Source of the DNA: an uncultured Gammaproteobacteria bacterium
Lineage (GTDB): Bacteria; Patescibacteriota; Patescibacteriia; UBA2591; UBA6264
NCBI GenBank assembly: GCA_964596735.1
Contig: CAZQVF010000005.1
Coordinates: 13,328 to 77,327, forward strand
Length of the DNA stretch: 64,000 nucleotides
Reading direction: 5' to 3'
The first letter of the stretch is position 1; every line of letters begins with the position of its first letter. A program made the position numbers and the translations under genes. The notes under the pieces were generated by a model that saw only the letters and a list, made by a program, of their open reading frames with translations, did not search any database and was not told where the DNA came from. This document shows, in pieces, positions 30,944-40,746 of the stretch.

Positions 30944-33166
30944 ATGTATCTTAAACGTTTAGAAATAATTGGTTTTAAATCTTTTGCCCGTCGTTCTATT
31001 TTAGAATTCCCTCAACCTAAAAAGGGAAATTTAAGTATTGCGGCAATTGTTGGACCAAACGGAGTTGGAAAATCAAATTTAGTGGAATCTATTCGCTGGG
31101 CTTTGGGTGAACAAAGCCTAAAGAGTTTACGAGGGAAAAAATTACAAGACATTATTTTCTCTGGTTCTATTAGAAAAACTCGTTTAAATTTAGCCGAAGT
31201 TACCCTATTTTTTAATAATGAAGACGGAGCAGCTCCTATAGATTATAAAGAATTTACAGTCACCCGCCGAATTTATCGTAATGGAGAAAGTGAATATTTA
31301 ATTAATAAAAATAAAGTCCGACTTCAAGATATTTTAATTTTATTAGCTAAAAGTAATTTTGGACAAAAAAGCTATAGTGTTGTTAGTCAGGGAATGGTTG
31401 ATCAAATTCTTCAATCCTCTCCTTTGGAAAGAAAAAGGTTTTTTGATGAAGCTACCGGCATTAAACAATATCAAATAAAAAAAGATGAAGCATTTAGAAA
31501 AATCGAAAGAAGCCAAATAAACCTACAGCAAGCCAATATTGCTCTCTCTGAGATTTCTCCCCACTTGCGTTCTTTAACTCGTCAAATAAATAAATTAGAA
31601 AGACGCAAAGAAATAGAGGCAAAGCTCATTAAACTACAAAATAAATACTATGGTGCTTTATGGCAAGATTCTAATGAGGAAATTTTTATTCTGAATAAAA
31701 AGATTGATCAAGAAGTTCAAAAACAAAAACAAGTTGAGGAAATGTTGGAAAATGTTCAAAAACAATCTGAGGCTCTGGTTTATGAAAAAATTGATGATCA
31801 ATATGAAAAAATACAAAAAGATTATCAACGTACTTTGGAAGAAAAAAATAAATATTTAGGAGAACAATCTATGTTACAGGCTCAATTAAATTTTCAAAAA
31901 CAATTAAATCAGGGAAAAGAAGAAAACCTTAAAATAGAACTAGACGAAGAAAAGTTATTACTTGATTTAAAAAAATTAGAATCTGATCAAAAAGAATTTC
32001 TAAATAAATTAGAAAAAATTTCTCAGATTAAAGAGTTAGAAAAAATAAAAAATTTGAGCAAAATAATCTATGAAAAAATTATTTTATGTTTAAAACAATT
32101 TGAACCGGAAAAAAACACGAAGACCACCTCAACTAATTCAAAACAAGAACAACAAATTAAAACATTAGAAGTAAAAAAAACGCAAATTGATAGAAATATT
32201 AAAGAAGTAGATAAAAAATTAAAGCAAATTAATCAAGAATTAAATGAATTTAACGAAAAAGAAAGAGGAAAGCGAAAAAAATTATTGGATTGGCAAAAGA
32301 AGGTTCAGGAAAAACAATCCAAATTAAATCAACTTACTTATAAAATCAATGAATTAAAAATTGACCTGGCTCGTTTAGAAACTAAAGAGGACATTTTAGA
32401 AGAAGAAATTAATGAAGAAATGGGGGCTCAGGGTAAAGAAATTATGAAAATTAGAAAAACTAATGTCCGGCCAGAACAAGAAGATCTAGACAAAATTCAT
32501 AAATTAAAACATCAACTGGAATTAATTGGAAGTATTGATCCAGAAATTGCCAAAGAATATCCTGAAGTTCGTCAGCGTTATGAATTCTTAAATTCACAGA
32601 GCAATGATTTGACAAAAAGTCTCAAGGCTTTAAATAAAATCATTCAAGAATTAGATGAAAAAATTAAAGAACAGTTCAAAGGAAATTTTTCTCAGATTAA
32701 TCAAATGTTTGACCGCTATTTTAAAATTATCTTTGGTGGCGGCAATGCAAAAATAATTTTACAAAAACAAGAACAAGAGCCTCAAAAAAATGAAGACGAG
32801 CAAGAATCATTGATAATAAATAAAATAATCGATGGAATTGATATTTTTGCTACCCCTCCAGGAAAAAAAATAAAAAGCATTGAAATGCTTTCCGGTGGAG
32901 AAAAAGCCCTCGCCTCTCTTGCTCTTATCTGCGCTATTATTTCTATTAACAAACCTCCTTTTGTTGTTCTTGATGAAGTTGACGCTGCCTTAGACCAAGA
33001 AAATTCTTTTAGATTTGGGAAAATTTTACAAGAATTAAGGCATAATTCTCAGTTTATTATTGTCACCCACAATCAGCAAACAATTGAAGCAGCTGATATT
33101 CTTTACGGGATCACCATGGACAGTGATAGTATTTCTAGGTTAATTTCTCTGAAATTAGAAGAATAA
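30944..33166 (+). CDS. smc: SMC-family chromosome partition ATPase, unusually short (740 aa)
   Basis: Walker A GPNGVGKSN, C-terminal signature LSGGEKALASLAL, and Walker B VVLDEVDAALD. The central roughly 450 aa are continuous K/E/Q-rich coiled-coil-like sequence. Confidence 0.85.
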   Translation: MYLKRLEIIGFKSFARRSILEFPQPKKGNLSIAAIVGPNGVGKSNLVESIRWALGEQSLKSLRGKKLQDIIFSGSIRKTRLNLAEVTLFFNNEDGAAPIDYKEFTVTRRIYRNGESEYLINKNKVRLQDILILLAKSNFGQKSYSVVSQGMVDQILQSSPLERKRFFDEATGIKQYQIKKDEAFRKIERSQINLQQANIALSEISPHLRSLTRQINKLERRKEIEAKLIKLQNKYYGALWQDSNEEIFILNKKIDQEVQKQKQVEEMLENVQKQSEALVYEKIDDQYEKIQKDYQRTLEEKNKYLGEQSMLQAQLNFQKQLNQGKEENLKIELDEEKLLLDLKKLESDQKEFLNKLEKISQIKELEKIKNLSKIIYEKIILCLKQFEPEKNTKTTSTNSKQEQQIKTLEVKKTQIDRNIKEVDKKLKQINQELNEFNEKERGKRKKLLDWQKKVQEKQSKLNQLTYKINELKIDLARLETKEDILEEEINEEMGAQGKEIMKIRKTNVRPEQEDLDKIHKLKHQLELIGSIDPEIAKEYPEVRQRYEFLNSQSNDLTKSLKALNKIIQELDEKIKEQFKGNFSQINQMFDRYFKIIFGGGNAKIILQKQEQEPQKNEDEQESLIINKIIDGIDIFATPPGKKIKSIEMLSGGEKALASLALICAIISINKPPFVVLDEVDAALDQENSFRFGKILQELRHNSQFIIVTHNQQTIEAADILYGITMDSDSISRLISLKLEE

Positions 33167-33216
33167 AAAAAGAAAAGAAAAAAGGGATTTTTAAATCTCT
33201 TTTTTGTTTTAAAAAT

Positions 33217-34254
33217 TTAATCTCTAGCCGAAGGAACAAAAACTTGTCTCAAGTTTTCAAAATCCTCTAGCACTAATCCAGTGCCCCTAATAATAGCTGT
33301 GGCTGGATCATCTGTTACTAATACAGGAATATTGATTCTTTTCTGAATCATTTTATCTAAACCACGTAACATTGCTCCCCCTCCCGAGAGAACAATTCCT
33401 CTTTCATAAATATCAGAAACTAACTCTGGTGGGGTCGCTTCAATGGTTTCATGAACTCCCTCAACAATTGTCTTTAGTAGTGGCATAATCGCCTCTCTTA
33501 TTTGGCTTTCGTTAATAAGTACCTCTTTGGGTAAACCTTTGATTAAATCTCTTCCCTTTGCCCTCATTTCTTGATTTTTATTACCAAAGGCTGAACCAAT
33601 CTTGACTTTTATTTCTTCAGCAGTCTGGTTTCCTAAAAGAACCCCAAATTTTTCCCTAATATAACTAATAATATTTTTATTAAGTGATTCTCCACCAATC
33701 TTTAATGACTTACTAGAAACAATTCCGTTTAAAGAAATCACCGCCACTTCGGAAAGCCCTCCCCCAAGTTCAACAATTAAATTACCAATTGATTCTTGAA
33801 TGGGAAGCCGTACCCCAATCGCAGCAGCCACTGGTCTCTCAACTAAAAAAACTTCACGTGCTCCTGCCTGTATAATAACGTCTTCTAAAGACTTTTTTTC
33901 TACCTCAGTTACATCAAGGGGAATAGCGGCAACTACTTTTGGTCTAGGAACAAGAGTAAAGGTATCTCTATGTACTTTTTCAAAAATTGATTTAAGCATT
34001 TTTTCTGTCACTTCAAAATCTGAAATAACCCCATGACTTAATGGTTCAATAATTGAAATATGACTAGGGGCTTTGCCCATCATTTTTAAAGCATTGGTTC
34101 CAATGGCAATAATTTGCTCGTTTCTTAAATTAATGGCAACGACAGAGGATTCACTGATTACCATCCCTCTCCCGCGAACATAAACCCTGACATTAGTAGT
34201 ACCTAAATCAATTCCAATATCTTTTGAGAATAAGCCAAAAAATTTTTTTAACAT
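33217..34254 (-). CDS. mreB: Rod-shape/actin-like protein MreB (paralog 1)
   Basis: DIGIDLGTTNVRVY, ELGGGLSEVAVIS and LSGGGAMLRGLD. Confidence 0.93.
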   Translation of the reverse strand: MLKKFFGLFSKDIGIDLGTTNVRVYVRGRGMVISESSVVAINLRNEQIIAIGTNALKMMGKAPSHISIIEPLSHGVISDFEVTEKMLKSIFEKVHRDTFTLVPRPKVVAAIPLDVTEVEKKSLEDVIIQAGAREVFLVERPVAAAIGVRLPIQESIGNLIVELGGGLSEVAVISLNGIVSSKSLKIGGESLNKNIISYIREKFGVLLGNQTAEEIKVKIGSAFGNKNQEMRAKGRDLIKGLPKEVLINESQIREAIMPLLKTIVEGVHETIEATPPELVSDIYERGIVLSGGGAMLRGLDKMIQKRINIPVLVTDDPATAIIRGTGLVLEDFENLRQVFVPSARD

Positions 34255-34316
34255 AAAATATATTTATTTAATACTATATTAGAGTTTAGCTGATAATAAC
34301 TTAATTGTAAACATCT

Positions 34317-35780
34317 TTAATAACCCTGAGCGAATAACCACCTACGTTTAGCCGACTTTCCACAATGTATACACTTTCCCTTTAGATTTTCTTTAACTTT
34401 ATTCATTTCTAAGACCCGCGTACTAAATTTAGTTTCTTGCTTAATTTTTTCTTCACACCTTTTATCTTCACACCAAAAAGCCCTAATAAAGACTTTTCGA
34501 GCCTGGCTAATCTTTTTAAATTCTTGATAAGTATCAACCTCAACTGTTAAATCTCTTTTAATTTTCTCTGATTTGGCAAAAAGATCTTTTTGTATTTGAT
34601 CCAAAAGATTTTTAGTCTTTATAATTAAATCTTTAACAGAAACCAAACTCTGTGAAAAAGTATCTCTTCTTACAAATTTTATTTTTTTGCCCTTAAGCTC
34701 TTTTTGCCCAATTTCTATTCTAAGGGGAACTCCTTTTATCTCCCATTCGTTGATACGATAACCCAAGGAGTATTTAAGATCTGTATCAAGCTTGACTCTT
34801 AGTCCGTTTTTCTTCAATTTTCCACAAACCTCTTGAGCGTATTTTTTTGTCTTTTCTGACTGAACTTTTTCTTTATCAGCTATTGCTAATATAACCACCT
34901 GGGGCTCTGCTACCTTTGGAGGAAGAATCAAACCAGAATCATCTCCATGGACCAAAACTAATCCTCCGATTGACCGTGTAGATAATCCCCAAGAAGTCTG
35001 AAAGGGATGACGTTTTTTCTCCTTATTATCCAAAAAACTAATATCAAACACTTTAGAAAAATTATCACCTAAATTATGCGAAGTAGCTGCTTGTAATGCC
35101 TTTCCATTAGGGATAACCAACTCAACAGAATAAGTAGTTTTAGCTCCTGCAAATTTTTCCTGCTCACTTTTAATGCCCACATAAGGAGATATGGCGAAAT
35201 AGTCTTTATAAAAATCTTCATACCACCCTAAAGCCTCTAAGGCCATCTTAATGGCTTCTTGTTCTGTTTGGTGGACTGTATGACCCTCTTGCCATAAAAA
35301 TTCTGTCGTTCTAAGAAAAGGATAAGTTCTTTTTTCCCATCTAATTACATTACACCATTGATTTATTTTTAAGGGTAAGTCTCGATAACTGTGAATCCAA
35401 TCAGCAAAAGTTTTATACATAATCGTTTCAGAAGTTGGTCTAAGAACATAGGGCTCAGATAGTTTTTCTCCTCCAGCATAAGTAACCACAGCTAACTCAG
35501 GAGAAAACCCTTCTAAATGTTTCTTTTCTTTTTTTAAAAGATGATTAGGAATTAACAATGGAAAATAACAGTTTTTAACATCGCTTTGCTTAAATTTTTG
35601 GTCAAGGACTGTTTGCACTTTTTCCCAAAGAGCATAACCATTTGGTTTAATAATCATGCTTCCTTTTACTTCAGAATAATCAGCCAAATCAGCGCGTAAA
35701 ACAACATCGCTATACCATTTGGCAATATTTTCTGATTTTTTTGTTAAACCCTTTTTTTCAAAGCTTTTTTTCTGTCTCAT
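34317..35780 (-). CDS. proS: Prolyl-tRNA synthetase, archaeal/eukaryote-like type
   Basis: Class II core (LRPTSET, FLWQEGHT). The C-terminal zinc-binding tail CIHCGKSAKRRWLFAQGY ends in Tyr. Confidence 0.92.
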   Translation of the reverse strand: MRQKKSFEKKGLTKKSENIAKWYSDVVLRADLADYSEVKGSMIIKPNGYALWEKVQTVLDQKFKQSDVKNCYFPLLIPNHLLKKEKKHLEGFSPELAVVTYAGGEKLSEPYVLRPTSETIMYKTFADWIHSYRDLPLKINQWCNVIRWEKRTYPFLRTTEFLWQEGHTVHQTEQEAIKMALEALGWYEDFYKDYFAISPYVGIKSEQEKFAGAKTTYSVELVIPNGKALQAATSHNLGDNFSKVFDISFLDNKEKKRHPFQTSWGLSTRSIGGLVLVHGDDSGLILPPKVAEPQVVILAIADKEKVQSEKTKKYAQEVCGKLKKNGLRVKLDTDLKYSLGYRINEWEIKGVPLRIEIGQKELKGKKIKFVRRDTFSQSLVSVKDLIIKTKNLLDQIQKDLFAKSEKIKRDLTVEVDTYQEFKKISQARKVFIRAFWCEDKRCEEKIKQETKFSTRVLEMNKVKENLKGKCIHCGKSAKRRWLFAQGY

Positions 35781-35791
35781 ATAAAATTTAT

Positions 35792-36943
35792 TTAGATTAG
35801 ATTGAAAATTTCTCTAACAGTAATAAAAAGTAAAAGTAAAAGTAAGATATAAAATCCTATATTAATTAAAATTAACTCTGTCTTACTGTTGATTGGCTTT
35901 CTTCTTGCCCCCTCTATAATAGAAAAAACTATACGCGAACCATCTAATGCGGGAAAAGGAATAATTTGAAAAACACCAATAGCAACGGAAAGCAAACCAA
36001 TAAATTGTAAAAGATAAATAAAACCAACGCGAGCCATATCGCTAGCCATAGTTGTTATTCCTACTGGTCCAAGTAATTGGCCTATCATTTGTTGATGGAC
36101 CACTAAATTCTTTAAAATCAGCCATAAACCGTGAAAAAGTCTTCCGGTCAAGGAGACGGTTGTTTTAACGCCAAGAATAATAGACTGGTGCCAAGGATAT
36201 GCAACAATCACTGTTTGAGACAAAGCAATTCCAATAACCCCTCGTGGATCTTTCATGTCATCAAAAATTTGCTCACTCGGAACCACGTTAACGACCCGGC
36301 TAATTATCTCTTTTTGCCTCTCAACTTTTATTTCTAAAGACTGATTAAGCTTTGTTTCAATATAATCTTGAATTTCTTTTACCTGTTTAAATTCTTGGCT
36401 GTCCAAACTAAGAATAACATCTCCAATTTTTAGGCCAGCTTGATCAGCTGGTGAATTTGGCATAACCATGCCAATTTGAATTCCCACTGAACGAAGAATT
36501 TTTCCTCCACTGATTTGTTCAACGTCTTGAGGTAGGCCGACAAAATAGGCAAGAGCGAAGATAAAAAAAGCGAGAAAAATATTCATTAATATGCCACCGG
36601 CAGCCACTAAGGCTTTTTTCCACCAGACTTGAACAAAAAAACTATCTGGATCATCATTTGATTTTCCCCCTAATTCCCCTTTAAGTTTATTAAATCCGCC
36701 AAAAGGTATCCAATTTAAAGAATAAATTGTCTTGGTTTTTGTCTCTAATGGTTCGTCTTTACTCCAGAAAAATTTAAATCTAAATTTTTTCTCTGAAGAT
36801 CTAACAAGACCACAAACTCTCGGCGGATACCCAAATCCAAATTCTTCCACTCTAATTTTAAAAATCTTAGCCAAAATAAAATGACCTAATTCGTGGAAAA
36901 AAACTACAATACTTAAACCAACAATAGCTAAAAAAATAAACAT
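35792..36943 (-). CDS. rseP: RIP metalloprotease RseP (M50 with PDZ)
   Basis: HELGHFILAK, PDZ region SPADQAGLKIGDVILS, and C-terminal FPALDGS. Confidence 0.9.
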   Translation of the reverse strand: MFIFLAIVGLSIVVFFHELGHFILAKIFKIRVEEFGFGYPPRVCGLVRSSEKKFRFKFFWSKDEPLETKTKTIYSLNWIPFGGFNKLKGELGGKSNDDPDSFFVQVWWKKALVAAGGILMNIFLAFFIFALAYFVGLPQDVEQISGGKILRSVGIQIGMVMPNSPADQAGLKIGDVILSLDSQEFKQVKEIQDYIETKLNQSLEIKVERQKEIISRVVNVVPSEQIFDDMKDPRGVIGIALSQTVIVAYPWHQSIILGVKTTVSLTGRLFHGLWLILKNLVVHQQMIGQLLGPVGITTMASDMARVGFIYLLQFIGLLSVAIGVFQIIPFPALDGSRIVFSIIEGARRKPINSKTELILINIGFYILLLLLLFITVREIFNLI

Positions 36944-36960
36944 AACTTCTCTTCTGTCTT

Positions 36961-36990
36961 TAATGTTCGAGGTTCTCAGGTTTGCCTCGG
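36961..36990 (-). promoter_or_regulatory. Degenerate copy of the dispersed repeat core upstream of rseP
   Basis: Minus-strand reading: aaacctgAGAACCTcGAAcATTAAAg versus consensus cAGAACCTTGAAATTAAA (2 mismatches in the core). Confidence 0.4.
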
Positions 36991-37005
36991 CAATTACTTG
37001 ATAAT

Positions 37006-37557
37006 CTAAATGGTATTAATTTCTTTTTCTTTACGCTCACCAATTGATTTAATCTCTTCCTGATATTCGTTGGTCAATTTATCTAAATCTTCGAAAAATC
37101 GATATTTTTCATCTTCAGTAATCTCTTTTGCCCGTTCAGCTTTAATGATTTCTTCACGAACAGAATCACGAATATTTCGTAAAGATTTTCTTACATTCTC
37201 TAATCTACTATGTAAAATCTTTATCAGGTCTTTTCTTCTCTCCTCATTTAAAGGGGGTAAAGATAGACGAATCATCCCTTCAACCGAATTCACGGAAAAG
37301 CCTAAATCAGTTTTTAATAAAGCCTGCTCGATTTCCTTAATAATATTTTTATCCCAAGGTTGAACAACAATTGTTCTTGGTTCAGGAATGTTTAAAGTGG
37401 CTAACTGCTCTAAGGGTGTTTTTGTTCCGTAAACCTCTATTAAAAGATGGGTAACCAATTCTGGGTTAGCTCTATTTGTTCTTAAACTTTGAACGTCTTT
37501 TTTTAAGAAATCAATTGCCTTATTAAATTCTGGTTTATGAGATTCAATAATATCCAT
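37006..37557 (-). CDS. frr: Ribosome recycling factor
   Basis: LRTNRANPELV..., PEPRTIVVQPWDK and LPPLNEERRKDL. Confidence 0.95.
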   Translation of the reverse strand: MDIIESHKPEFNKAIDFLKKDVQSLRTNRANPELVTHLLIEVYGTKTPLEQLATLNIPEPRTIVVQPWDKNIIKEIEQALLKTDLGFSVNSVEGMIRLSLPPLNEERRKDLIKILHSRLENVRKSLRNIRDSVREEIIKAERAKEITEDEKYRFFEDLDKLTNEYQEEIKSIGERKEKEINTI

Positions 37558-37575
37558 AATAAATATTAAACTTAT

Positions 37576-38625
37576 TTACTTAGAATTAATCATTCCTAAA
37601 TAAAGGATGTCTGAGTTAACTGGATTAACCAATATCTTGTTTGGAATCTTTTTACTGGGAATTGGCTTGGTTATCCAATTTTCTCCATTGTCAATTGATT
37701 TATACAAAGTCTTATTAGTTGCATAATAAATAATGTCTGCATTTTGAGAATCAACCGCCAAGGAATAAATTTCTACTTTATCTCCTGAGGTTACCAGTTT
37801 ATATTCTGTCCAATTTTGACCACCATCTTCAGTATGAAGCAAGCCAGCTTTACTAATACTAATTAAAGCATCGGGAAAATTAGGATTAAAGATTAATTGA
37901 CGAATCTTTTCTGCCCCTGAAAAAGAACGATAACGCTCTTCTAAGGATTTCCAATCAATTCCATGATTTTCTGAACGAAAAACCTCTTGATTTAATAAAG
38001 TAACATAAATTATCTGAGGGTTATACGGATTTATTAGAACTTGGCCAATTCTTTTCTCAAAATTCCTTAAAGGGGTCCAGCTCAGGCCTCCATCTTCGCT
38101 ACGAATAAGTCGACCATCTGAAAGTCCGGCCGTAACAATATTCGGAAACAAATGATTAACAGCTAAAGCACTTATTTCTACATCAGAAAAAGTATCTAAA
38201 TAAACACTTCCCCAGGTTCTATTAGCGTCCTTTGTTTTAAAAATTCTATTTTCTATGCCCACATAAACGATATGTTTAGCTTTTGGATCAACCGCCAATG
38301 AACTAATCTTTCCCTTGGGCAATCTTTTAACCTCTTGCCATGATTCAGCTCCGTCAAAACTAACAAAAAGGCCATTCTTTTTTGTTCCCAAATAAATAGT
38401 TTGAGAATCTTGAGGATCAAAAACAAAAACGTTTGTTTCAATATTGTTTAGATATTTTTGTTCCTGAGGCAAACTCAATAAAAATATTTTTTGCTGCCAA
38501 TTATTACCTCCATCCACTGATTTATAAACACCACCCCCTGTTGGTGTATTTTCCACCCTAATACAACCACTAGCTAATAAAAAAACCAGTAATAAGGATG
38601 ATAAAATTGTTGTCTTTTTTAACAT
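37576..38625 (-). CDS. BNR/Asp-box repeat beta-propeller lipoprotein (Ycf48-like)
   Basis: Lipobox LLASGC. Repeated SxDxGxxW boxes: SVDGGNNW, SFDGAESW, SEDGGLSW, TEDGGQNW, SIDNGENW. Confidence 0.75.
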   Translation of the reverse strand: MLKKTTILSSLLLVFLLASGCIRVENTPTGGGVYKSVDGGNNWQQKIFLLSLPQEQKYLNNIETNVFVFDPQDSQTIYLGTKKNGLFVSFDGAESWQEVKRLPKGKISSLAVDPKAKHIVYVGIENRIFKTKDANRTWGSVYLDTFSDVEISALAVNHLFPNIVTAGLSDGRLIRSEDGGLSWTPLRNFEKRIGQVLINPYNPQIIYVTLLNQEVFRSENHGIDWKSLEERYRSFSGAEKIRQLIFNPNFPDALISISKAGLLHTEDGGQNWTEYKLVTSGDKVEIYSLAVDSQNADIIYYATNKTLYKSIDNGENWITKPIPSKKIPNKILVNPVNSDILYLGMINSK

Positions 38626-38629
38626 AAGC

Positions 38630-39619
38630 CTATTGATTAATTATTAAATTTTCAATAGCCAATTTTTGGTTAACATTGGCTGCTAGCAAAAGCTGAGTTT
38701 TAAAAATTCGATTAATCAAATTTTGCAAATCTTTTTGGGTATATTTTTGAGCCAAATCTCTTAACTGAATGGAAATCGACCGATCAGCAGGACAAAGATT
38801 TAGTTTAACTAAAATCAAATCTCTAAGTAATCTTGCTAAATTATCTAAGGCTTGCTGTGGACTTCTTTTTGTATTAAGAATTAAATCAACTAATCGAAAT
38901 TTACTTTCTGAATCATTTTTACTTAAAAGAGATATAAAATCATTGATTAGGCTCCTTTCCTGTTCTATTTCTTTAAAATTTCGAGCAAACTGAATTGCTA
39001 AGCCTGGCCGACCAAGGGCTAAACTTAATATTTCTTTGGCTTTTTCTTCTTTTAAAGAAAATTCTTGCTTTAAAAAATTTGTTGTTTCTTCTTTTAAAGG
39101 AAAGGAAAATCTTAAAATCTGACATCTTGAACGAAGTGTTACTGGTAAATAAGTGAAGCTCCGTGAAATCAAAATAATAATTGACTTCTGTGGTGGCTCT
39201 TCTAATAGTTTTAAAAGGGCATTAGCAGCCGGAAGGGTAAGATTGTCTGTTTCTTCTATTATAACAACTTTATACGGGGCAGAAAAGGGGCTAGAATAAA
39301 GGAATTCTTTAATTTGTCGAGCTTGTTCAACACCAACTTTCCCCTGTGGGGTTAATTCGATAGAAGAAAATGAACTACCTAAATAAATAAAATCCGGATG
39401 AATCTTTTTTATAAGCTGTTGACAAGGAAGGCACGTCCCGCAAGGAAGAAAAGAGTTTTTCTTTTTATTTAAACAAAATAAATTAGAAATAAAAATTTCT
39501 GCTACTTTATTTTTACCAATATGTTTAGGCCCATAAAATAAATAAGAATGGGCTAACTGATTATTAATAGCACTTCTTTGTAAGAATTTAAGAATTTTTT
39601 GATGACCGACAACTTCCAT
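38630..39619 (-). CDS. holB: DNA polymerase III delta' subunit
   Basis: HSYLFYGPKHIGKNKVA, zinc module CGTCLPC, and an LLKLLEEPP box. Start moved to MEVVGHQ (39619) to remove the overlap with the upstream GT gene. Confidence 0.85.
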   Translation of the reverse strand: MEVVGHQKILKFLQRSAINNQLAHSYLFYGPKHIGKNKVAEIFISNLFCLNKKKNSFLPCGTCLPCQQLIKKIHPDFIYLGSSFSSIELTPQGKVGVEQARQIKEFLYSSPFSAPYKVVIIEETDNLTLPAANALLKLLEEPPQKSIIILISRSFTYLPVTLRSRCQILRFSFPLKEETTNFLKQEFSLKEEKAKEILSLALGRPGLAIQFARNFKEIEQERSLINDFISLLSKNDSESKFRLVDLILNTKRSPQQALDNLARLLRDLILVKLNLCPADRSISIQLRDLAQKYTQKDLQNLINRIFKTQLLLAANVNQKLAIENLIINQ

Positions 39620-39627
39620 TTTTTTAA

Positions 39628-40746
39628 TTAAACAGTTAATAAAACTTTTATTGTTTCTTGAGCACATTTTTCCCAAGAATATTTTTTAATATTTTCTAAT
39701 CCTTTTTTTCTTAATTGATATTTTAAACTTTGATCAGTTAAAAATTCTTTTAAAGTACTGGTGATTTCTTCAATTTTATTCGGATTAAAATATAAAGCTG
39801 CCTCATCACCTACTTCAGGAATTGATCCTGCATTGCTAATAATCACTGGAGTTCCACAGGCCATTGCTTCTAAAATAGGCAAACCAAAGCCTTCATAAAG
39901 TGAGGGGAAAATAAACGCCTCTGCTCCATGATAGAAATGAACTAATTCATCAGCCTGAATATAACCAATCTGATAAATTAATGGTTTAACTTTCTCAATT
40001 TCTGAGGCAATCTCTTGATAATCAAATCCTGGGTCACCTATTAAAACTAATCTTGGAAATGATGTCTTAACTTCTGAATTAAAGAGTCTAGAATATGCTT
40101 TTATTAGATTTGTAACATTTTTTTTCTTTTCTAACCGTCCGACAAAAAGAAAATAAGGCTTTTTTATTTTATATTTTTTTAAAAGTTGGTTTATTTTCTC
40201 CTGATTTTCATTTAAATTAAACATTTCCTTGTCATAACCCTCATAAATAACATTTATTTTTTCTTCCTTAGTATAATATAACTGTATTAACTCTTCTTTG
40301 GTAAAATCTGAAGGCACTATGATTTTATCTGCTTTTTTACTTGCCCACCAATGGACAAAATAAGCATAAATTCTTTGAAGAAATGAATAAACATTTTTAA
40401 ACCTCCTGAACCCTAAATCATGGATAGTTATCACTTTTTTAGGACGACAAAAAATTGGCAAGGCATGAGCAGGAACAAATAAAACATCTGGTGGATTAAA
40501 AAATATTTCCCAACACAATCTTATATGTGTCCAAATATATTTAAAGGGCCATGACAAAACTTTACTTTGCCAATTATTAGGCAAATGAGCCAAGTCGCCT
40601 TTTAACATATCTCTTGAATATAAGACAAATTTATCCCCTGGTTTAAGGGGAATTTTTTTTAACATCTGGATTAAATGATATGAATACCACTCTACTCCTG
40701 TTTTGTTTTTTTTATTTGCCCGCGAGGCATCAATGCCGATTAGCAT
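39628..40746 (-). CDS. Glycosyltransferase family 4 (GT-B)
   Basis: C-terminal PSLYEGFGLPILEAMACGTPVI signature. Confidence 0.88.
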   Translation of the reverse strand: MLIGIDASRANKKNKTGVEWYSYHLIQMLKKIPLKPGDKFVLYSRDMLKGDLAHLPNNWQSKVLSWPFKYIWTHIRLCWEIFFNPPDVLFVPAHALPIFCRPKKVITIHDLGFRRFKNVYSFLQRIYAYFVHWWASKKADKIIVPSDFTKEELIQLYYTKEEKINVIYEGYDKEMFNLNENQEKINQLLKKYKIKKPYFLFVGRLEKKKNVTNLIKAYSRLFNSEVKTSFPRLVLIGDPGFDYQEIASEIEKVKPLIYQIGYIQADELVHFYHGAEAFIFPSLYEGFGLPILEAMACGTPVIISNAGSIPEVGDEAALYFNPNKIEEITSTLKEFLTDQSLKYQLRKKGLENIKKYSWEKCAQETIKVLLTV

